Of a stretch of 64,000 nt of DNA, positions 50,330 to 62,329 are shown piece by piece. Every line of letters starts with the position of its first letter. Positions within the stretch are counted from its first letter, which is position 1. The DNA comes from Phoronis australis (lineage: Eukaryota; Animalia; Phoronida), in NCBI GenBank assembly GCA_002633005.1, contig NMRA01000061.1:262957-326956 (forward strand). Reading direction: 5' to 3'. The translations under genes and the position numbers were made by a program. A model generated the notes under the pieces. It was not told the origin of the DNA. It was given only the letters and a program-made list of their open reading frames with translations, and did no database searches.

Positions 50330-53300
50330 CTGGAAACGGGAAAACATACAAGTGCAATTAGACGTTAGAGTGCCTACGTGGAGTATTAAGATTATCGATT
50401 TTCAAGCCTTATAAAAATCTAACTTGCACGTGCTCTAATCTTCCTTCGGTTAATGCCATGAGTTCTTGGCCACACTATCACAAACAACTGTAGGTTTGTA
50501 ACTGCGGTACCTTTTTAGATTTCAGCATTTACTATTTGTTGCCTTGTAGCAATACTCAAAATACAACCTGGCTGTAAAAATTCATCGTTTAAGACCCAAA
50601 GCACTCTGGGCAGATTGCCCATGACAAAACAGTAACTCTTCAATCAGACAACATTGCTAAGAATTGGCTCCAGCTGGTAATTTACCCAGATTAGAAGTGC
50701 TTGGGAAAAACTGACTAATTTGGCTAAAGACAGAACTCAGTCCGATGGATTTTTCAGGTGAGGCATATCAAGAGCCGACAGCATTATGATAGTCAGCCTA
50801 ATGGAGGTAGTCTATTTTTGAGGCTGAACAATAGATGGCGTTACTTGTTGTGCCACTTTAACTTCAATACAATGGCATTTTTCGAGCACACAAAATTTTA
50901 TTCTTCGGAGTGCAAATTAGTTCCAGACTGAATCACATGAAGATAATAAACACCAAGATAACAGTCTGTATTTAAGAAATCGTCACCTATATATAGGAAA
51001 GTAAACTTCAAATGGAACTAAACCAGTATTGACAAGTTCCAATTTCTTAGAGATTACCAGGTGCCTATCACGATCCAATTTAAGCCTCTGTGAATACAGC
51101 CTACTTGTTGCTAAGCGACAAAGAGGGCGTCCATGACAGTCCTAAAGAACGACACTACCGTGGTAATTCTACAGTTGCTTTGCACAAATATAAGTTTTAA
51201 AACTTAATATTTAAAGACTGACTTGCTACAAACAATTGAAATCTTACATTAAGTGGTGTTGTTTTATACACAAAACAAACACTGCCGGAATTTTCAATAT
51301 TTATATTTTGATGAGTGATTAAACAACATTATATTTCACTTTCCGGAGTACTGTGTGCCAAATTAAGACAGAATTGATGTGCAATTGGTGTTAAATGGTC
51401 TACAGGAAGGTGACAGTTAGCGTTACAATAAATCATTATTCAAATATTTAACGTATACAAACAAACCTTGTGGTTTGAACTTAAGCCATCGTCAGCGTCG
51501 ACAGATATTAGAATTACTGAAAGTCAAAACTAAATTCACAACCAAAAGGTAATAATAACTTTTAAAAAATCATTCTGCAACAAGGCAGTACACGGATTAA
51601 CTAACAGTAAAAGATAGCAACCAGCTGTGCTTTGCGCCTAACAAGAAAGAAAAGTTTGCCTGACACGATATCTCACCTGGTTGTACTCCAGAGAATTCTT
51701 CATTAACTCGCACAAGATGACCACACCTGTGCGACCCACGCCTGCTGAGCAGTGGACTACCACTGGACGCTTGAGACCATCATCGAAACTGTCATGACGC
51801 TGCACCGACTCAATCTCATCTAAAAATGCTGAAAAAGAAGTCACTCGTGGCATGAAAATTTGAAGAAGAAGCTGATATTCAAACAATTTTGTTATGTTAA
51901 TTGCATCATTTCTGTCCAATATCACCAACTTTGGACAAAACTAATCAACAAAATTTGTCACTTTTATTTTTCAACAGTTACTTACAACAGTGTCTAACGA
52001 TAGCCCTGATACAGAACTTTAGACTGAAAACAACTTATGTCATACTGCTTATATTTAACGCAGAAATGTAAAACAAAATTGCTCTTTTGCCATTAGGTGT
52101 CTTAAATTGGTGAGATTTTACCGTCGAGCCCATGGAGTGCCATCTTTGTAAATCATTTTCAGTTTTGTATTGAAACCATTTACATCCTGAACTCACTGTT
52201 GGCAAAGTTCGGGCCAAGATTTGCACACCTCAGTATCTGCGGTTTATTACATGCCCAGCATCAGAAAGCAACAACCTGTCAGCTGGACAGGGTAAATTGG
52301 TTTCTGGCCTTTTCAGTTTTACTAAGGACCAGTCAGTAGCAACACAGAGTTGGTTAAACATGAGTACACTGCCTAAGTGCAATACTCTTCACATTCTCTC
52401 AGTAAAGTGCCGAGCTTTAAGCTTCCGTCAACTAGACCGGGTAAATTCACTGTAGCACTTGACATGAAACTGGCATGGCTCAAGGTTATGTAGGACCGTA
52501 TAAGAATGGCCAAATTTGGCAAGCTTCGGAACATCATATCTCAGAAACGGCAGATTGGATTCATACGAAATTTTCAGGTACAGTGCTTTATGCACTGTTC
52601 TCAAATATGCTGTTAGGAATTGCTAAAAAATGTTTTGCTGTTGTATGGGGAGCTACAGCAATAGTTAGGCAACCATGAAAACAGGTACCCAGAAAAATAC
52701 GAAATGATGACATTTAAGACATTGTGGCTAACACGAAACAACACTGTTCTATAACTGACCAGTCGTTTCAAGAATGAAAAAACTTACAGAGAAACCCGTA
52801 GACATCCTCCGGACAGCCATGTTCGGGCCAGTCGGTGTACTGCAGATGCCAGATGGTTCGCTGCTGGCGGGATGGCTTGTGTATAAGGATCAGAGTGTTG
52901 GTCACGTAACACATGGAACTGTTAGTGAATTGCAGCACAACCTGGAACTGTTGATAGGCTAGTTATTACAGTGCCACACCACATGGGATATACTTTGATC
53001 AAGGCGTGAATTACAATTAAGTTCCTTTGCCATCGCGACATTGAATGTCAACTCTGCACATGACACAAAATATTGTATTTGCTATCTAACAGAAGAACTG
53101 TCTTAGTTGTAAAATGCAAATGAATAATTTTGCTACAAAGAATAGCGGGCTCTGTCAATCAAAAGTGAACAAAACATAATACTAAGTTGCCTACGCATTC
53201 AGGTTGCTCCGGCCAATGCTATCATCAATTGTTTTGAAGTGACAAGAGCTACGGTTAGTAGTACTCACATCACCAAATGTCAGTTTGTGTTTGGCGCCAG

Positions 53301-56300
53301 GTTTCTGTGGCCAGTAGGTGGCGCACTTGCACTTGCCCGAAGTATCCAGCTCCATCATCATGGCTATCACCAGCGTTCGTTGCTCCCAAATCATCTGCCA
53401 AAAGTCTGTGACTGTGTTTTCCAGAGGAGCCTGAGTGGCGATGTACCAGTACTCGTTTGTACCCACTGTCAACTGCCAGGAAACAAATTTTAAAGTACAG
53501 GTCTAAAGTATATGCAGCTATAATAAAGCAGACTCAAAAGTGCAAATTTCAAACGCCCATTTTTGCGCCATGAATTAAATCCTTAACCGTTTGTGTCAAA
53601 TACCGTATCCTCCAATAAATAAATCCAAAAACAACTGAACGCCTACAAATACCCAAAGAAAACAAAACCTGGAGTCTAATCTCTGTACTTGAAACTCAAA
53701 ATTGACCAATTTACGACATGTTTCAAGTAAACAACAAACTTGCGATCAAATCATGTAATGAGATTGGCTAATTTCCACGTCTGAGTTCGGAGATTTAACC
53801 CTGGTCCCAAGTCTGTTAAACATGAAAACTTCCATGCAATCTGCAGCCACTGGACAGTTAGCTCAGTAACACTTGACTATTTAATAATGGTCTTAATCTA
53901 TCTTATTAAAGGTATTTGTAAATTTATTTTTTCACTGTTGAATTCCTTCATGTACACGAATACTCAGACAGCATCTGCATGAATAGCAGAAGGTCCTGGG
54001 TTCGAGTCCAAGTTGGGGGCATAAATCTTTTTGGACTTCTGCTCATTAGGTCATGTGGCCAATAGGTGGCGGTCAGACCAGACTTAAAATGTTTGTGAAG
54101 CCTCAGATAGGTTGAATCCAACAGGACCGAGAAAGAGGATGGAGCTAAAAACCTAAATATCAAAAGGCAAATTGCATGCACTGTAGCAAGGCATATCACA
54201 GAGCTTGGATGTGAGAGAAGCCATCTACGTAACACATGTACTACACTTTGTACAAACCTTGATGTGGGATGCATTGATGTAACCTTGCTTGTTCTTCTTC
54301 TTGGGTTTCAGCTGAACTCTGTTGTGCTCGTACGGCACGACGTCCTTGAATCGGTTCTTGTCCTCGTTCTCTGCCAAAGCCCCCGTCGTACAGTCATACT
54401 GAGCTGGTTTGCGGGGGATCTGTTGATACTCGTGGAACACTTGACCCTCCTCAAGTTTGGTCTCCAAAATACCTCTCTGTCGAAATGTTTTACAAGTGTA
54501 TGTTAAAACATGAGATTGATAACTACTACTACACCAAATTACTTTGCCCTCAGACAAGTACCCGTCTCAGACCAGTCTCACTCAACAGGCTTAGCAAGTG
54601 AACAGTGATTTTTCTCAGCATTTCCAAATCAAAATCACTCAATTTTTCACAGGTAACCATATGACGACTACAGTTACAGTTAAAATACCAATAAAGACAG
54701 CCATTAACTCTCCAGGTACATGCAGAATAGAAAACAGTTCATAAGAAAACAAATGTGTTGCATGCAAAGAAAACTTCTGCAGTTATGAACCAACATGAGA
54801 CAAGCAAAAAAAATTCCAGGACACAAATTTTCAATGCAAATATTAAATTCTCTGCAGGACCAAAAATCATACTCAAAACCAAAATTTATGACACCAGAAG
54901 CTATAATTTATAACATCAGGACCAAAATTTAACACGCCAGGACACACAAATTTATCACGCCAGGATATGGATTTTCTTGCAAGGAGAAAATTTCATGCCA
55001 GGAGACCACGTGACAATGACGATCCGTTATGTGTCTGTAATACTAATCCATATTCAAGTCTTTTGTGTCCAATTGGCTTCGTCTGTAAAACGTGCAAGAG
55101 ATAAGAGAAATTCAACCTCATTGTCACGATAATGTGATTGTTGTTGGAGGGGAATAATGCGTACCTATCACGTCATCTCTTTGAGGGGTTACGTGTTTGT
55201 GGATGGTCATGTGGACTCCTGGCAAGAAATTGTCTGATGTGAAATTTTTCTGACATAGCGAATTTTTCCTGACGTAGTGAATTTTTTTGGTCCTGACATG
55301 ATTAATTATAGGTCATGGCAAGATAAATTTTGGTTTTGAGTATATTTTTGGTGCTACAGAGAACTTAATTCTTGAACAGAAATTTGTGTCCTGGAATTTT
55401 TTCCGCTTTGACTTCCCAAAGACAACACACAAAACATTAAAGGAGTCATGACCAAGATACTTACCCTGTCATCCTTTGGGGCACGTGACTCATCATTCTG
55501 TTGCAGCATGATACTTGTCCTGGAGACGACCAGACCGTTCATGGCGGCCATCTTCAACGGTCCTGGCTTGCGCAGTTTGACCGCAGCAATCTGCTCCCTC
55601 AACCGAGCCTCGGCATCGGTCTCATCAAGACTTTGGGCTGCGGCTTCACCATCTTTCATGCACGAATCCGCTGAATTATCAGGCTCGGCGACACCAGTCA
55701 AATCTTTTTGATCGGCTTCTTCCTTTAATTTTGGTTGAGTACTCGGTAAACGTTGTTCGCATGGCTGTTGCAACCCATCATACTGATCAGATGACTGCGG
55801 TTTACATTGCTGCTCAAGCGACAGTTGAGATTGCTGTTGTTCTCCAAGTTGTTGCTCACTGAGCTGATGAGAATCATTTTGAATCTCACATGTTGCGGGA
55901 GCATTACCTACAGAGTCATTACCATGTGTTTCGATATGTCCGCTCTCAGCAGTAGCTTCAGCAGCATGATGTAAGGAGTCACTCTGGCTCGAAGAATCCT
56001 CCGATGATTTAAGATTTGAAAATTCTGAATGGTACACAGCAGTTTTGACACACTCTTGCGAGGCAGTCATTCGAATGACAGAAGCCACCGACTCCTGCGA
56101 TGCAGTCATTTCCACTGCAGGCGGCACCACGATAGTCTGAGGTATTGACGATAGACTGGACGTGACCGTAGTGGATGCGCCTGCATACGAAACTTGCGTA
56201 TCGGAAAATGATCGGTCACGAGATTGCATAGGCTGCTGAGGAACATTCCATGATTGGGTCACAATACTCGGCGCAGCAAACTCCGGGTTATTCACTGACT

Positions 56301-59300
56301 GGCTACTGAAATAGACAGGTGCTGGAGAGTTTGCATAGCCAAACCCACTGGCTAAATAGTTCCTTATCATTTGCGCTTCTACCGAGTTGGGATTCAATTC
56401 AGCGTTGTCAAAAGCAGATTCTGACGGGGTAGCTTCTTCTTCATGATCAGAGTCTTTAGCGTGAAACGTTGCATCCGATTTGTCGCTAGATACATCATCA
56501 TCATGACCAATGTGGTCATGGCCGATACTAGCTAAGTTGTCGAGGCTCCTATAAATACCCTGATTCACGGGAGCCAGGTTCTTGCGTGAAATAAGGTCGG
56601 GACTGTCACTGCGCTGTTTGTTGTGCTGTGCGGTTTGTGAGGCCAGATCTGGTGTACTGTTGCTCCCCCTGGTGTACGGAGGAGGAGGCTTATAGTCACT
56701 GAGCAAAACTTCCGATATCATGTTCTCAGAATTGTAATGAGACGGGCACACTGTTCTTGGCGGCAACTCGGCTGAATCAAAAGTAGGCTGAATAATCAAA
56801 CTGCTCGATCTATCAACGGGGCGCGCTGGCATCAACCCATCGACAGGTGGCGCAAAAGTGTTCAAATTTGCATAGTCACTCTCAACATTCTGTCCGGTCT
56901 TTCGCATCAGCTGGTACTGATCTAAGTTTGCATAGAGAGGTTCTGCCTGACCCAATTTTCCCCGCTCCTGATCAGATAACGAGGATGGCTGATTGGAGCT
57001 GATCACATGCTCAGTCATTGCAATCGTCCTTTGAGGCAGCACTGGAGGGGGTATGATTGGAGGCTGATGGGCAACGGCCTGCTGTTGGGCCAATCGCTGC
57101 TGCATTATCATGTGATAATCAGGGGACGGCCGGTAGGCAGGGAGGGCAGCCTGTCGCTCCTCATAGCTGCCAGATGGCGTGTGCGACACAGCCGGCTGGC
57201 TGAGGCTGTACGCATTGTCCATTACACTAGGCTCTTGCTGGTGTAGCCCTGCGTTTAGGTCGTCGTCTTGAGCGAGAGGTGGGTGAGGGTAGAACATCTC
57301 GCTCCCGGCGGGCAAGTTTGGCTCGGAGTTCTCAGTGGTGTACTGTACAGATGAAGTATGGTTTTCCTGTAACAAAAAAACTGCCATCATGAACAGAATA
57401 TCTTAGAAATATTACAGCACACGTCACGATCAAATATAGATTATTACATGGCGAAGTCGTTATCCCCGTATTCTAGAGCCCGAGTGGATTTTGGAGAATT
57501 ATAATTCTCCAAAATCCACAAGGGCTCTAGATAAGGGGGATAATGACTGAGAACATGTAGTAATCTATTTATACCACATACTGAACAAGAAACATTGCAA
57601 TGAATCAAATCTACCTTTCCTGACTACTTTCTATGTCAGAAGCCCGGGGTCAGAGGTCGTGACCTTTTAAGAAAAGCCGAGTTATTTTTGTTAAATAATG
57701 CTTTTACTCAAAACCAATTGAAAATTTAAACACAATAGAAATAAAGTGAATCTGTAAATTAAGGTTTAGCAACTACTGTAATAGCTTACTACACATTTTA
57801 TCACGCTAAGCTTCGACCGAGAAAATATCGTCTGCTAAAGTAGGTTACCACTGGTAACTGAGTATAATGCTCAAGTCAAAGGATCCCGACGACACACTAC
57901 CTGCATTCAAATTGGAGATCGGTGATTTACAAGTGAGAGAACATGAGACAAAAATTTCACCGAATTAAAAATCGGTCTTATGGAAATTAAGCGTCTTATT
58001 TTTCATAGCGTATAAATTTCGGTACAATGCCCTTTGCTGAACATGCAATTGTTGCGTGTGCTCATTTAAGTATTCTATTTTCACGTTCGATGACGTCAGC
58101 CGCTGAGTGGTGCAGTTGGTAAAGTCGACGACCCGAAACTCTTGAGGCCCGGGTTCGAAACCGGCCTCGGTTCCCACCAAAATGTTATCTCACTAGTGAG
58201 ATAACTAAATGGATTATTACACAGTTGTATTGGCCATTCGAGGCTAATATTGTGGTATAATGATCGTTATCAAACATCGTAAGTTTGTTTCACACTTCAT
58301 TGAAATCATTGTCAACTGTCCATTTTCAAATATAACAATATGTTTTCTGAATCCTCCATGACAATATTAATCGACTCATAATTTAAACGTCGAGACACAA
58401 TCAATTGTAGTCATGAGACTGCAATTTTTTGCGAAATTTTGTCAGTTTTTACTTTGAATAAGAAACCTTATCAGCAGGGGACTTCGTGTTTGAGCAATAA
58501 TTCAAAGAAAATCGATGTTCAAAACTTCTTAGAGTCGAAAGTTAAAAGGTCCAAGAATGGTCAATAACCCTGTCCACGAACAGCCCTATCGCTACCTAAC
58601 GAGGACATACATCATTATTTTGTCACTACGCTTTAAAATAACTATTGACGTCAAATCAAGTTTGACATGCGTAAAAACAGTAATAGTGAACCAATTTTTA
58701 TGACTCGAACGCCCGTTTTGATTCCTTTTTGTGTTCTACATGTATCTAGTATCATTAATTATTGAAAATTTGTAGATTTTCAAAAAGCTGTTTTATAGTT
58801 TGATAGACACAATTGCTCATTACAATTTACGACCCTGCTCGCAATGTGCTATTAACTCTGTAAGCGCCTGTGAACACAGTATGAATAACTATTGCTGAGC
58901 GAATTTAAGTCCAGTGCCTTTGGCTTAGCATTATGCATGATAGTGGCCAGGATATCTGGACCTTGCCTGTACAACAGTAGAATGCAGAGGTCGAGTGTAA
59001 ATAACAAATCCATGTAATGGATAATAAAATGTAAAATAAAATTTACTTTCTCACTCACATTATCTTTGCTTTCTTCAAGACTTTGCACAGATTGCTGTAT
59101 GTCACTGAAAATAATACACACAACAAAATAGAACAAACAGAAGTTTTTTACAAACTTATATGAGCTACCAATTTATGTTGTATGTTACATTTTCTCATAT
59201 TAAATGGGGATAAAAAACAATAGTATACGCACAAACGGCACAGACAGTAATTTTTTGAGCTCCAATGGACATGCCTTGTTTGACCTTTGACCTCAAAAAC

Positions 59301-62300
59301 ACTCAAGTCCATGCAACCAGCTTATCAACAGATATCTTTATGCAACTGTAACAATGACTTATCGCGAGCAAACTGCTCACTTACGGTATTGCACCAGTGC
59401 TGCCATCTGGAGCTGTAGGTTCACTGTAAATAAATAAAAGAATACTTCAGATACACAGTAAAATCTCAGCAAAGTTGCAAAAAGAATACTAGCTTTATCA
59501 TTCAATTTAATTAAGAACCACACATTTCTTTTATTCTGAATGCTGTTAATAACAATTTTCCAAGTCTCAGATATCACAATTTTTTTATTCCTTTTGCATG
59601 TGTAAGTCACATCAACTTTGCTTTTGCCACATATAGCAGAGACGTCCTCTGTTCCATATAATTTCACCAAAATCAAAAAATCAATGAAAAATCTTAAGAG
59701 ATCTAGAACGTGATAAACAAATTTCAACACTGGCTTCTTTACACGCTTGCTACTCACGTCATGTCTGACTGAAGGTTCAGTGAAAACCTTCTCTGAGCCA
59801 CAAACTGCCTCCACACATACTTCGCCATCTCTGGGTCGTCCTAGAAGTACACGATCGTGGCAAGTTGGAAATGGGGTGTTAAGGTTATGTCGGGCCACAT
59901 CAAAAATGTCACTATTTAGCCAAATATCTAATAATATAAAATTAGAACCTAGTAAAAGAATGTTTTTCGAATGTAAAAAGCCTGCAGAATTAGAATTTTG
60001 GGTACATCATATCACATGGCGATGATACGCAATAAGAAAAATTGCAGCACCTCACATGCAGATTTCCCTAGAAATTAAGTGGGTTCTGCGAATGCACATT
60101 CTGAAAGTTTGGCAGACGATTATGACCTTTTGTGAACGATCCTTATGAAAACGGGTTGAACTAGAATGACACTAAACAGTGAAAATAAAGGAAACTCAGC
60201 GGGTGGTCTTAAAGAGAATGAATATTGCCTCTTCTTACCAACACAATGTTGAAAGGCTGTTCCTTGTGCGTTGTGCGCACGACAAGGCATTTCTTATTGG
60301 TTCCCAGACTTTTGATGTCTTGCCATTTCATGAAAGCAGCCGTCTGCTCCGTCAAGCTTTTGATGAAGAAGCCATCGTGACAAGTTCCCACAACGACCGT
60401 GTTTCCGCCATCATCCTGGTTAGGAAGTTTCAGCTTTTTACAGCACAATACTACATGGACAACAGAGTTCTACGACAGCACAAGTGCGGGGGCAGTGTGT
60501 GCAATTTCACAACAATGAAGGATGTCTTATTTTACGAGCTGCCTCTTTGAGTATGATCAATGTGTAAACAGCCATGTCTGGTAGTCACTTACATGGGTTC
60601 CACGTTTTGCGAAGCAGTTTTCCCTACTGGACAATGGGCGACAAATTGGTTCTCAAAATGCAGTACACCTGTGACTGATTATCACCCAGTGCCCAACATC
60701 CAAATATTTTAACTTATACTGCACGGTTATGTTATTAAAGCACCAAGAACTGTATTAGGTTATAATGATTTTAACTCTAAAACAACTGGGTAAACAAAAT
60801 ACGATCAAGTAAGTCCAAATTAAATGCCTAAATCAGCAATGCAAGCTTGCTTTATTAAATCGTGTTAAATGACGTATTCACGAAACATTTCATTTATTTA
60901 GAGTGTATTGATTTGCTACTACCTGTTAATTCTCTGTCAACTCGTTCATTATATTCAGCAGATGAGAAGAAAGGAGGTAAACAGCTGTATAAATTAATAG
61001 GAAATGGAAACAAAATCGTGTCACTGAGTACACGTTAGTGATCATCTTAAGCAGACAATTTGGTAGACAAGTAAACTAGCCTTCTATATTCCCATCTGTT
61101 CATAAAGATAAGTGCTATTTAATCAACGTTTTACTATTTTCTGTCTTTCAAACAAAAATTGGCAAGATTCCAATGAAAGAAAGCAGAAATCAGACAGCAA
61201 CTAGCACCAGCAAATTTGTAGAGAAATTCTGTTCTAAATTTGACAAAGTCAATTCACAGATTTTGAGAACCAGCTTGTTGTTAGTTATTCAGTAGAGAAA
61301 ACTGATTCTCTAAATCTGGAACAACTGTTAGTGACTATTACCCAATTCACTATGATCTCTTTAATACAACAGCTGAGTTTACCTTTGCGTTGTAATACTC
61401 ATAACCGTAACCATCCAACTTTTCCACTTCATGCAAGTACTGAATCTCAGCCACCGTTGGGGACATTCCGCGGATGTTATTGTGTAGCGCGAGGACCTCT
61501 TGTGTCAGATGTGCTAACTGATGTTCATCACCTGCTAAGCTCTGTGAACAAATTTCAGTGAAGCTTAAAACCATTGTGGATCCCTTCTTTTTTAATACGG
61601 CATTCTAGCAATCATAACTGGCACATCATGGAGTGAATGGAATTCACCGATTGCTTCTGAACTCCTAGCGCATCCAACCATTGGGAGTGTGCACATTATT
61701 TCAAAGTCACTATTAATCTAGATGCACAAAAATTATAGAAAAATGGGAATATCAACTTAACTATTTTGCAAGTATTCCTTAGAGTAACTGAACATAAAGG
61801 TAAGAGTAAAAACAAGCACTGTGTGCTTTTGTTGTGTTCAGTAATTTATTTCAAGGATTAATTTGTAACATTTTACATTACATCTTTGATGAAGAGCATA
61901 TACAAGGAACATTGGGTTCTTAATAACATTTACAATCTATTTTCTAACATAAAGGCATTCACCAAATTAACTATGAGTATAGTAAACCACTAACAATCAA
62001 CGAGGTAACTTTTTAACGGTCAATTCAATAGTCGCAAAAACCAGTTACAACAGTTAAGCAGTGAGTGCTATCCAAAACAGCCCTGACAACCATTTAGTTG
62101 TTTAATAAATGCTGTCAAGTTGAGAACTTCTGTTGTAATTGGCTGGCCTACAAAGTTATGTAGCCCATCCTTCTATTAGCAGAAAGGTATTCCACTAAGG
62201 GTAAAGATTATGCAATACCATGAAAGTCATTACACATAAGATAAGGTTAAAAACTTACCCTTGGGAAGAGAGGAAACTCTCCAAAGTAGTCGGGCGTCTG

Positions 62301-62329
62301 CTGGTCAAACACATGATCACCAAACTCAA
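50201..62329 (-). CDS. PTPN21: FERM-domain non-receptor protein tyrosine phosphatase (PTPN14/PTPN21/Pez family), multi-exon, 5'-partial in window
   Basis: 12 GT-AG exons with consistent phases: 62259-62329, 61383-61541, 60239-60415, 59758-59840, 59385-59423, 59059-59104, 55465-57366, 54258-54476, 53269-53472, 52788-52947, 51677-51828, 50201-50329. They encode FERM lobes (EFGD..; [16 protein letters not shown]; AKYVWRQ), a linker with [14 protein letters not shown] and STPDL, a PTP domain ([54 protein letters not shown]) and the family C-terminus NSRLI*. Probably a single co-ortholog of vertebrate PTPN14/21. Confidence 0.93.
51677..51828 (-). CDS. PTPN21: PTP-domain exon with catalytic P-loop [11 protein letters not shown]
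   Basis: 152 nt, phase 1-0. Confidence 0.95.
52788..52947 (-). CDS. PTPN21: PTP-domain exon ([15 protein letters not shown])
   Basis: 160 nt, phase 0-1; missing from the ORF track on this strand, translated by hand. Confidence 0.92.
53269..53472 (-). CDS. PTPN21: PTP-domain exon ([24 protein letters not shown])
   Basis: 204 nt, phase 0-0. Confidence 0.93.
53855..54020 (+). repeat. tRNA-derived (SINE-head-like) sequence in a PTP intron
   Basis: TAGCTCAG A-box at ~53858, TCTGC-ATGAATA-GCAGA stem-loop and GGGTTCGAGTCC B-box at ~53998; A and B parts are too far apart for a tRNA. Confidence 0.45.
54258..54476 (-). CDS. PTPN21: PTP-domain exon ([19 protein letters not shown])
   Basis: 219 nt, phase 0-0. 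Confidence 0.93.
54805..55403. mobile_element. Intronic foldback element with long imperfect inverted arms built from CAGGA subrepeats
   Basis: AAAAAATTCCAGGACACAAATTT / AAATTTGTGTCCTGGAATTTTTT; ATACTCAAAACCAAAATTTAT / ATAAATTTTGGTTTTGAGTAT. Confidence 0.75.
55465..57366 (-). CDS. PTPN21: PTPN14/21 large linker exon (634 codons, PPxY motif)
   Basis: Open frame; [41 protein letters not shown]; ttacag acceptor, gtaagt donor. Confidence 0.92.
57436..58260. mobile_element. Intronic element with a 133-nt terminal hairpin, TTATACCACA/TGTGGTATAA inverted repeat and internal tRNA-like sequence
   Basis: 36-bp perfect palindrome at 57484-57519 inside hairpin 57436-57568; IR at 57569-57578 and 58251-58260; tRNA-like segment at 58101-58179. 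Confidence 0.65.
59059..59104 (-). CDS. PTPN21: PTPN14/21 small exon ([15 protein letters not shown])
   Basis: ttcag/gtgagt sites; phase 2-0 links to the large exon. Confidence 0.7.
59385..59423 (-). CDS. PTPN21: PTPN14/21 39-nt symmetric mini-exon ([13 protein letters not shown])
   Basis: cag/gtaagt sites; phase 2-2 joins both neighbours in frame. Confidence 0.65.
59758..59840 (-). CDS. PTPN21: PTPN14/21 exon, end of FERM C ([19 protein letters not shown])
   Basis: tag acceptor, gtgagt donor, AKYxWR helix. Confidence 0.88.
60239..60415 (-). CDS. PTPN21: PTPN14/21 exon, FERM lobe C ([26 protein letters not shown])
   Basis: 177 nt, phase 0-0. Confidence 0.88.
61383..61541 (-). CDS. PTPN21: PTPN14/21 exon, FERM B/C junction ([30 protein letters not shown])
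   Basis: 159 nt, phase 0-0, FERM signature. Confidence 0.9.
62259..62329 (-). CDS. PTPN21: PTPN14/21 exon, FERM lobe B ([23 protein letters not shown])
   Basis: cag acceptor, gtaagt donor, EFGD motif. Confidence 0.85.

Noticed and set aside
55354-57390. 678-aa ORF as a standalone gene
   Set aside because: It is one internal exon (55465-57366) of the PTP gene; both ORF ends run into introns
58101-58179. Functional tRNA gene
   Set aside because: D, anticodon and T stems pair poorly; it is embedded in a repeat-like element
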